A stretch of DNA of 64,000 nucleotides, taken from the NCBI GenBank assembly GCA_004431415.1, contig QPMI01000437.1, positions 248,001-312,000 of the forward strand, read 5' to 3'. Of the stretch, positions 49,362-58,970 are shown piece by piece; positions within the stretch are counted from its first letter, which is position 1, and each line of letters begins with the position of its first letter. The notes beneath the pieces were generated by a model, which saw nothing but the letters and a program-made list of their open reading frames with translations, did not search any database and had not been told where the DNA came from. The position numbers were made by a program, and so were the translations under genes. Source of the stretch: Cyanophora paradoxa CCMP329 (taxonomy: Eukaryota; Plantae; Glaucophyta).

Positions 49362-50039
49362 GCCGCTTTGATCTACGTATACATGGTACGCAATGTCAAT
49401 TGCACGTACGCGTAGTGCTTGAATGGGAACGCTGTTCCGAAGTTCTAATTGCGACTCGCCGCGGCCGCAGATCTAGAATCGAAATGCACATGCCATGGGT
49501 CCTGATCATAATAATTTTCGAATTCCCTCTGTAAAGGACGATCCCGAAGGCTCGTAATCGGGCCTACTGCCGCTGACGCCCGTCTTGTATATAAATATAT
49601 ATATATATATACGTATATACGTATCTTATAATACGCGCTCCGAAAAATTTACCAAGCTTGAGTCCGACATCGCGCATTCAAGCTCTAGCGCGAAACCTAG
49701 GCCTAGACTATGCGATGTCACGGCCCTGCAGCTGGGTCAGAACTATGCGCGATCTAGATCTCCGAGGCTCGGCGGCATGATCATGTGATGCCGAAAGGGA
49801 CGGGTCCCGGGGCGGGGGCGGGCCCCGCACGGGGGGCGGGCGGAGCGGGCGGGCCCGGGGGCGGAGGGAGCGGGCGGGGGCGGGCCGAAGGCCCCTCGAG
49901 GGGCGAAGGCCTAGGGCCAGGGGCGCGGCGATCTTGCATAGAGTACAGGGATCTTACATTTATAACTCATTTCATTGGCTAGAGCTCTAGAGCGGCCTCG
50001 GCGGGGCGGGGCGGGACGGGCCGGGGCGGGGCGGGGGGC

Positions 50040-52315
50040 ACCGTCGGCGTCGAGGCTGAAGCACTGCTCGGCGGCCCCCGAGATGGCGTTCGCCGTCTGC
50101 GCGGGCGGACGGGCGGGGGGGGGGGGGGAGGGGGGGGGGAGGGCGGGCGGGGTGCCGGCTAGCGCCCGATCGGAATTTTATCTCGGTCTCGGCCTCTCGA
50201 CCGACTCGATCGGACCATTGTAAAATATCTTGGGCGGGGCGGGGCGGGGCGGGACGGAGCGGGGCGAGACGTTGGATCTTTTAGCTCCTTTTATCCAGGG
50301 CCCTTAGCTCCCTTTATCTATCTTGGACGGGGCGGAGCGGGGCGGGGCGGGGCGGGACGGGGCGCGCGGGGCGGGGCGGCTCGGACCATGAAGACGATGG
50401 GGATGCGGCGGCGGGGCCGCGCCCCCGCCTCGGCCTCCGGATCCAGCCCCCGAATCTTCCGCGTCGCCTCCCGCCCGTCCATCTGCAGAGGCGGTTTGAA
50501 ATTCCGAGTTCGATCCACCAGGGCCCTTGGCACCCTTTATCTATCTTAAATTAACCGGAACCTTCAGCTCTTTTTATCTCAAATGTAAAAGAGCCCTTAG
50601 CACTAGAGACCTTAGCTCCTATGATCTTAAGCAGCCGCGGCGCGCCCACCTAGCACGCGTACCCCCGCAGATCAGCTGCAGGCTCCCTCGAAACCCCGGA
50701 AAACGCTCCGCCGGCGCCAGCCAGCCCGCCTGGAAGAACTGCCTCCGCTGCCCCGGCCGCCGCCACCGCCGCTAAAGCCGACAGCTCCGCCCCCTCCCAA
50801 GCCGAGCAACCCCCGAAAGCCCCGCAGTATACTCCACTATCTCCCAGACCTGTGCGCCATATGTGGCTGCCGCCGCATCCACCACGACGCTATCTCCCCC
50901 ACTGGCCCGGCCCGTCTCCCGACTTTGCTCTGCCCATCCAAGTACGCCCGCCAGCTTCTGAGCTCGTCATTGCGTCTCTCAGCCACATATCACTTTCTCC
51001 ATGTCGACCCCTCGGGACACGGCATCCTGAAGTACAAAGGCTAGCGAGCAAGCCTCTAGGAGGCCTGGGGGGGGGGGGGGGGGGGGGGGGAGGGGGGGGC
51101 GGGGATGGGAGGGGAGGGGGCGCAGGTCTCGGAGCCACGGCGTCTCGCCAAGCTGGTCGGAGCTGGACTTCGAACGGCGGCGGCGACGACGGGTACGACG
51201 ACACTGCGGACCTCTTCCTCCTACTGCACCTCCTCCATTAGTAAATAGAGCCGAGCGCACCACGGCCACGCATTAGGAGACATCAAGCGGGCATCTTGGA
51301 CCGTGCAGCTCACCGTGCCAGGCTCACTGCTAGAGGACCGGCGCATATTATGTTCTGGAGGTGACTCGGTAGACTACAGCTAAAGCCCCAGCTCGACACG
51401 ACTAGTAGCTGTAGCACTCTTGTCATCTATCTCCTCCTGCAGTCAGCATCCCAGTATCCGGTAGGCGAGGAGCGGGGGACTGTTGTCAAGTGTGTACGAA
51501 TGCAACAGACTTTCCAAAAAAATTAGCTCCTATGATCTTAAATTTACTGGATCCCTTGGCTCCTTTAATTTTATCATCGAATCTTGCGTGGCGCACGACG
51601 GGCATCTATCTCCTGGTCCATGAGGACGGGGCGCACGAGGGCGAAGCCACGTCTTATCCTAGACCCCTCTATCTTAGATTCGCTGGGTCCCTTAGCTCCT
51701 TTTATCTTTGATTCTCATAGGGCGCACGAGGGGCATTTCTTGGTCCATAAGGACGAGGCCGAAGGCGGCGGGGTCGGCGGCGTAGGCGCGCAGGCCCTCG
51801 AGCCCGTTGCCCGCCACCGTCACTTTGTGGCCCGCAGCCTCCAGCATCCTCCGCGCCACCAGCACGCTGCGGGGCGGGCCGCGGGGCTCAGTTGAGGCTT
51901 CTAAGACGTCCAAGACTTCTAAGACTTCTTAAATATCAGATAGCCGTCGGATACGAGCGCCCTGCTAGGGTGCACTGGCCATGGGTGGCGTTGTCCTCTA
52001 AAAGACTAATTATAAGACTTCTAGACATCTAGGCTAAGATCGATAGAAATCAGGTAGATAGCTAAGATTCGGGATCAATTCGCACTTTGTGGCGTTGTCC
52101 TCGACGAGGAGGACTGAGACGGGCTCGCGGGCGCGCGGCGGGGCCGCCGATCGCGAGCGCCGGCCCCGCACCGCCGCCTCCGCCGCCTCCGCCTCGGGCT
52201 CGGGCTCTGCCTTGGACCCGGCCCCGGCCTCGCCGGGCGCCGGGGCGCCCCGCGCCAGGTCCCGCTGGACGATCGCGAGGGCCTGCCAGGCTGCAGCGCC
52301 CGCTGCATCTCCCTG
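50040..52315 (-). pseudogene. Response-regulator receiver-domain exons of a hybrid histidine kinase; frameshifted and lacking upstream exons
   Basis: VSVLLVEDNAT, VARRMLEAAGHKVTVAGNGLEGL..LVLMDQEMP, MDGREATRKIR..IPIVFM, TANAI..EQCF. Frameshift near 52285. A retroelement sits in one intron. Confidence 0.75.
50631..51522 (+). mobile_element. 5'-truncated non-LTR retrotransposon (family A, copy 2) with a perfect 19-bp TSD
   Basis: ttagctcctatgatcttaa at 50612-50630 and 51523-51541. A7 tail at 51516-51522. Homologous to 22276-23205 (inverted). Confidence 0.92.
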
Positions 52316-52766
52316 CGAACGAAGGCGAAGAAAAAGCTCAGAGGCGAGGGGGAGGGGGAGAATTAACCGTTTCTGAGTAGGATGTACGAACATCCGATCC
52401 GATGATCGATGTCAGTATACGTACTAGGGGCCCGGCCGCGTTTGGCGCGCCGGGGGTCACCGGGTGCAAGGGGGGAACCGGGATCTAATGAAAGAGTCGT
52501 AGTGGCACGGACATGCACGGGGCAGATCTAGATCGACCCCGGCCCAGCGCGCGCGGCAGGTTGAAGTGTAAAGGTACACACAGAGTATATATGATTGAAA
52601 AAAATAGAAAAGGCCCATTAAGCAGATGGTGCGATCAAACGGAATAAAGAAAAGCCTGAATGAAAGGCCAGATTCAGCGCACTGTATATGAAAGATTGTT
52701 CTGGAGCGGAAAAACGCTGCACATGAACCGTGTTCGCACGGCCTACCGCTAACCCTGTACAGCTGG

Positions 52767-53935
52767 CTAAAAGATGATGGTGCTGTCTGCAGAGGGCTCG
52801 CCGTAAACATAGGCGATCCAGGCCTTCTGGAGGGGGTCGGGGCGGAAGTCGAACATGGGGGTGAGCGGCAGCCAGCGGCGCCGGTCGTGAAGAGAGCCGT
52901 CCTGCGAGAGCATGGTGAGGCGGCCCGCCGGCGCCGCCTCGAGCGCCCGCAGAGCCACGCGGCTGGCGCGCTGCTCGCTCCCGCCGCGCATCTGGTAGAC
53001 AAGGTCTTGAATTTCGATATCCGCGAGGCCGGCGTCACGGAGGCGCTTGAGGACTCCCATGTGGAGGTCCTCGATCGCAGGCCTGCCGTGGCAATCATGA
53101 ACAGAGGTCAGCTATGGGCGGTCCACTTGAATGAATTTTCGCGCACCCGACAAAGCGAACGACGAAGCGATGCTGCCGCGCAGCCGCGAGTGCTTCGACG
53201 GTCGCTAAAGCGAAGGCGACGGCTTGCTCGCGCGTGGGGGGGAAGCCAGCCCGGTCGGCCGCGGGGAGCTCGCGGACGACGATGAGCAGCGGCGTCTCAG
53301 CCGCTCCGAGCACGGACACGAGACCGCCGACGTCGGGGGCCGCTCCAGACGGCCAGGTGGACGCGGCGTGCCGGTATCCGTCCGGCGGGAGCACACACGC
53401 GACGGCGCCCGCACAAAGCCGGCCGCGCGCGAGGCCGAGCCAGGAGGCGGCCGCGCGCGAGGCCGAGCCAGGAGGCCAATTTCAAGTTTGTAAAAAGTCG
53501 CGAAACCAGCTCACTTGGACACACAAACGCGCGCTTCGCGGATCGCCAACTGAAGGCTGGGCACGCATTGCTGTGTTCGAACTCCCCTGCGTGGCGGTGA
53601 ATACGTGCGTTAGCTGCTGCGTTTTTGCGAGCGTGCGCGCGGCTCGATGGAAACTGCACGAACTCGAGCGCTGCGACCGTGTTGCCGGACATGACGAAAC
53701 AAGCTCTGGCGCCAGCAGATGTGTTCACGGGCTCCGTCCCTGCGCATACAGCACGAAGTCCAATCGAAGTCGAGGCGCGCGAGGAAGGAGCTCGGCGCCG
53801 CCGGCGTGCGCGAGCGCACCGATGCAGCGCGCGAACTGCGACGGGTCGACCTCGCCCTTCCGCAGGCCTAGGCCTAGGGCATCAAAGAGCCAGCGCTCGA
53901 CCAACGCTCGATCCTGCGGCCTCGGCGCGGTTGGC
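52767..53935 (-). CDS. Unknown protein gene (exon limits uncertain)
   Basis: Protein-like exons ERWLFDALGLGLRKGEVD.., VGGLVSVLGAAETPLLIVVRELP.. and EDLHMGVLKRLRDAGL..KAWIAYVYGEPSADSTIIF*. No family recognised. Confidence 0.4.
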
Positions 53936-56900
53936 GAGATCTAGAAACAAATTTTGGATATTTGCGACGTCATGATCACCTCCGCTAACTGACGCCAGTC
54001 ACTGAGTCCTCATGGAATCTCAGCTGCGAGCAGAAATTAAAAATTGCCAGTCGGAAATATTCGAATGTAGGAGATCGCGCGTTCAAAATGGGCGCAGCGC
54101 ACATTGGCGACGAGCTCGAGCGTCTCGATCGGCCATCCACGCGCGGCCTGTGCACGCGTCGAAGTCCGCACTAGATCGAGGCGCCGGCGGAGGCAGCGGC
54201 GCCACCGCCGGCGCCGTGTGCACCGTACCTCTATAGCTAACTAGTAATCGCCTTGTGCACCGTCGTCAGTGCGCAGCAGCCCATGCATATGGCCAACGGC
54301 CTCGCGATCGAGCGTACACCCCCCCCTCGAGCTCCTCCCCCTTGTCGCCGCTGCTGCGCGCCGAGCCGCCGCGACTCCGAGGCTCACGACCGACAGCAAG
54401 GGCGGGGCGGCCGCAGGTCTAGGCCTAGGCCCGGGCCTTCGATCTAGAAGGGGACGTCGAAGTCCGGCCCGCCGCCGTCCCTCTCGGCCTTCGCGGTGGC
54501 CTTCAGATTAACAATGCAACTCGCGATCGGCGATATTCTCGTGTGTGAGAGCTTTGCAAAGTTCGCGATTTGTGACTGCCCCGCCCCATGACAGCAACTT
54601 GGCAAGGCCCGGGCCTATTCAATTAAATTTAGAAGGGTACGTCGAAGTCGGGCCCGCCGCCGCCGTCGCCGTCGTCGCGGAACATGGAGAGGGCCACCGC
54701 AAAGGCCGAGACGGCGAGCGAGATCAGGGAGCGGAAGAGCGCGAAGTCCATCCGCATCCCCACCTGACGCGGTCCGGATCGATCAGTTCTTGCGGAAGGT
54801 CCTATAGAACAGAGATCGAGGCAACAATTTTTCTAGCAGTCAACTTTCTATGAGTCAGATCTAGATCTTAGATAAAGAGATCTTATATATAAAGACGTTC
54901 ATTCTAGCGGTTCTCAGAAGGCACACGCACCACCTCGACGGGGCGGAGCCGGTCCTCCATGTCGAGCGTCGCGAGCGCCAGGTCCAGGCTCCGCTCGCAG
55001 GCGCACCCGGGCTCCCCCGCCCCGCACAGCGCGCACGGGCCGGGGCCCGGCCTTGCCGGGGCCGAGGCCCGCGGAGCCTTGAAGGAGTAGCTCGGGCCAA
55101 GGCCGAGGACCGCGGCCGGGGCGGCGGCGCCGCCGCCCGGCATGGAGGAGCGCTGCCGCAGGGAGGCGGACGACTCGGGGGCGAGGGCGAGGCGAGGGCG
55201 GCGGGGCGGGCCGCGCGTGCAGGGGCGACTGGAGCCTCCCCTCCTCGATCCGCGTCTGAGGCGTCTGAGTCGTTGCGGGGCGGGGGGGGGGAGCGGGGGA
55301 GCGGGGGAGGGTGGGAGGGGCGGGGGGGAAGGGATGCGGGGGGGAGCAACCTGCCTTTATCTGGAGCACGATGTACTGGTGCTCTGTGGAGAGATTGTTC
55401 GCCTGCGCCCAGAAGTCACTATAGCTAAGATCTCGTAGACATCGAAGAATAAATTCATTTCAGCGTCTCGTCTAATCTAGAGCGGACAAGAGCGGACAAG
55501 AACGTTAACGTTTAACGGACCTTGGCGCCGTAGAAGATGCAGACGAGGAGGGAGCCGCCGAAGAGGGCGAGGTCGTAGGCGATGTAGACGTAGACGAAGG
55601 GCGGCACGGGCGCCGATGCCGCCGCGCTCATCTGCGAGAGCAGCGTCTGGGGGAGGGCAAAAGGCGGGGAGGTCAGCAAGGAAGGAAGGAAGGACACGGG
55701 AGCCCCTTCGGCACGTGGCTCTAGTTCTAGATTGGAGCTTTTAGACCCCAGGAAAGTCTTGAAGAAGTCCTTTCGAGACTCTAACCGTCCTAGCACAACC
55801 CATCAAGATCAAATTCATGTCGTGGCCGACGCCGGCACCTTGTAGATGAGGAAGGCGATCTGGCCGGCGAGCACGACGGCGAAGCTCGAGATGAAGAACT
55901 GCCCGCGAAGATGAAATGAGAACATGGATCCGGAGCTAGAGGAATCTCTCTCTAAATATATAATATATGTGCGGACCTGGATGCGGAGGTGGAAGGAGCG
56001 GCCGACGTCGGAGAGCCACTGGCGGGCGCGGAGCCAGGCGATGGGCGCCCCCGCCGCCCGCAGGTCCAACGAGAGCGGCGCGGGGCCGGGGCCGCTGGGG
56101 GCGCACGGCCCCGCGCCCGCCACCTGCGCCCCCGGCAGTTGCAAGGGCAAACTCCTTAAGACTCCTAAGAAAGACTCCTAAGAAAGACTCTATGACTCTT
56201 AGGCCGCCCGCAGGTCCAGCGAGAGCGGCGCGGGGCCCCCGGGGCCGGGGCCGGGGCCGGGGCCCCCGGGCGCGCAAGCCCCCGCCCCCGCCGCCTGCAG
56301 GGGAGGGCCTCGGTCTAACGAAATCCGCACAGAAAGTCTCGCAGACTCTCATGAATGAAGCGGCTCATGAAGCGGCAGTCGCAAGGGCAGACTCCATAGA
56401 GAGCCTCTAAGACTCGTAAGAAAGCATCTAAGCTTATCTGGATCTATGACTCGGGGCTCCTAGGAATAATCCTCCTAATCTCTCAAACAGAGCGCCCACC
56501 TGAGAGAAGGAGCAGGGGATGACGGCGCGCCCCGCGCAGAGGAGCCGCCCCGCCGCCTCGAGCCACCGGAATCGCCGGTAGTAGTCCGTCGCCGCCGCGA
56601 ACATAAAGGCCAGGATGAAGGCGCTGGGGGGATGGGATTGGAGGGGGGTACACGTTAAAAAGGGGTGGGGTGGGGGTACGTGGTCATTTATTTATAGAAA
56701 GGGCGCACTGCATAATGAGGTACTGGATAAGGAGGACGGAGACAGTGAAGGCGGAGAGGGCGGGCCTGCTGAACGCCAGCGCCCGCTGCGGCGGCCCGGC
56801 CCCCGTCCCCGTCGGACCAGGATCAAATTGGACTTCGAAAAAATCGAAGAAAGAAAGCTCGCCTGGTCGGCGAAGAAGTAAGGGATGGCGCAGTGGAGGG

Positions 56901-57003
56901 CGGCCGCGAGGGCCTTTGGGACCTCCAATAGCCGAAGGAGCACGATCCGGCGCGTCGCGCCGGGCTGGAGAGGCGCGGATCAAATCTTCATCGGGCGGGG
57001 CGG
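53739..57003 (+). repeat. Segmental duplication, copy 2 (probable source locus)
   Basis: Matches 25266-28349. Here the membrane-protein gene continues upstream, unlike in copy 1. Confidence 0.95.
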
Positions 57004-58604
57004 CGCGGGGCGGGGCGGGGCGGGGCGGGGCGGGAGGGGCGCCTTCTGAGGGCCGTCCGCAGGGGCGGCGAGAGAGGCGGCTGCTCCGCCGCTCGCCGCC
57101 CGCATTCGGAAGGCTGGGCTGGCCTCCAAGACCTGGAGAAGGATCAGGTGAGCGGGGGGGGGGGGGAAGAAGCGGGGGGTACGCGCCTGCTGGAGGACCC
57201 AGAGGCGGGCTGGAGCGGAAACGCAGGGTCCCCCCGGGGCTTCTCCCCCCCCGAGCTCGTCCTCCCCCACCGTCCTCACCAGCTTCGCGTCCTCCGGCCG
57301 CACCTGTACCCCGCTCCGAATCGCCCGGGTTCAAGAGGGGGATGGGGCCAGAGGGGGTACCGATATTGCGAGCTGCAGCGCCTTTTGGACCTGCGCTCCG
57401 AGCTTAGAGAGCGGGGGTTGGGGGGGGGGGGGAAGGGGTGGAGCTGGTGGGGGGTACAATGCACGTCAGAGAGGCTGGCGCGGAAGTGGAGGGGGAACTG
57501 CGGCTCCAGCCCCTCTCGCGCGCACGCCAGATCCACCTGTACCCCCGGAGGCTCGGGGGGGGGGGGCGGAGGAGGAAGAGCAGGGGTACGCGGACCTCCC
57601 GCTGGGACGTCATGTAGCGGAGGGAGTACCACCTGCGGAGCTTTCGGGCGGAGCGGGAGGGGTACCATGCGGGGGCCGGCGTACCCCCCTATGACCTCCT
57701 CGCTGCGCTGCTCGTACGAAGTGAGCTCCCGTTGCGCGCTCTTCTCGAGGAGCTCGGGGGTACGGTCTGGATTATGGGGGTACAGGATTCAGAAGAGGGA
57801 CGGGGGCGGAAGAAGGGGTACGCACATCCGTACTTGACGGCGATCATGAGGGCGCGGATGCTCGAGACGCCGAAGAAGACGAGGAACTCGGGGGCCTCGG
57901 GTTCGAATCAGGAGGCGGAGGTTTCTCACGTTTGCGGGGGCGGGGGTGGGCGCCGGGTCCCACCTTGGCTTGGCGCTCGTGGTGATCGAAGACGAAGAGA
58001 AAGAGAGCCACAGCGAACCAGAATCCGACGCAGGCGACGAAGTTCAAGACGCCAGGGATGCTGCGGGCAGGAAGCGTGAAGCGTCAGGGGCGTGCACGGG
58101 TATTTGTAAGGGGAGGGGTACGGGAGGGCGGGCGCGCCTCGCGTCGAGGAAGGAGTGGTTGCGAGCGGCGAGGCGCCCCTCGAAAAGGAGCAGGAACGGG
58201 AGGCTCAGGGGGTACGCGAGATGTCTGCGGGTACACGTGCGTCAGTCAGTATGAGAGCCGAGGCGCGCGGGGGCCGCGGGGCGGACACGAGGAACTCCTT
58301 TGCGGTGAGGAGGGCGTTCAGCGGAAGGCCGTGCTTGCTGTTCCACCCCACCGCCTCCGCCGCCTGCGCGGAGGCGAGCGGCGGGGCGCGAGGACAAATC
58401 TCAGCTGCAGCTTCCAGCGGCCGCGCCGGCCGCGGCCGAACGGAAGGGGCGACGCGCCTGGGAGCGCTCTCGCTCGATCCAGACGCTCTTCGAGAGGTTC
58501 GCGTGCGCGTACGCCGATGAGGAGGCGAGGCCGCTCTCTGCGGGCTCGCCCTCGAGCTCGCCGTATGCGTGCATCGAGGAGCTCCGGAGCGGGTTAAAGA
58601 ACAT
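54629..58604 (-). CDS. Multi-exon multipass membrane protein, PHTF / gustatory-receptor-like (7TM ion channel superfamily) candidate
   Basis: Several TM exons. Motifs LDLR..IAWLRARQWLSDVGRSFHLRIQ, YDLALFGGSLLVCIFYGAK and C-terminal LDMEDRLRPVEV|VGMRMDFALFRSLISLAVSAF resemble the PHTF/GRL pattern (W..LR..L...G; P..(L/V).G..M...L). Family assignment is by motif recall only. Confidence 0.6.
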
Positions 58605-58970
58605 GTCGCTTTGTTGCCTTCCGATCGGCGGGAAAGCTGAAAGCGGCCGGGGCGAGCCCGGTCACCGCAGCCGGCGGCGATGAAAGTCGAGCCCAGCGGC
58701 GGCGATCGAAATGCGATCACAAGCTATGCAACGCTATGCATGCGAGTGCGATGCATGCAACGCGCGCCGCTGCACCGGATCGATCCGGACGACTAGCTGC
58801 GCTTTCGACACTGGAAGAGGAGCTGCAGGTGTAGGCGAGGCCGAGAGCGCTGCAGCTTGAACTCGGAAATCTACCGCACTATCGATGTCGATGAAGGCGC
58901 CGGCGCGGCTCGGTGGATCGGCGGAGCCAGCGTAAACGCGTACCCGAGCAGATCGCGGCCATCGCCGAAA

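Larger units (their letters stand above)
42250..49899. repeat. Large inverted repeat: left arm 42250-42542 + 44733-45235 (split by an insertion), right arm 49086-49899; arms ~800 bp
   Basis: Near-perfect reverse-complement match. No TSD or transposase was found at or between the ends. Confidence 0.93.

Noticed and set aside
42250-49899. Autonomous TIR transposon or Polinton-like element
   Set aside because: No TSD, transposase, integrase, polymerase or capsid ORF. The repeat boundary falls inside homologous exons, which fits duplication plus conversion better.
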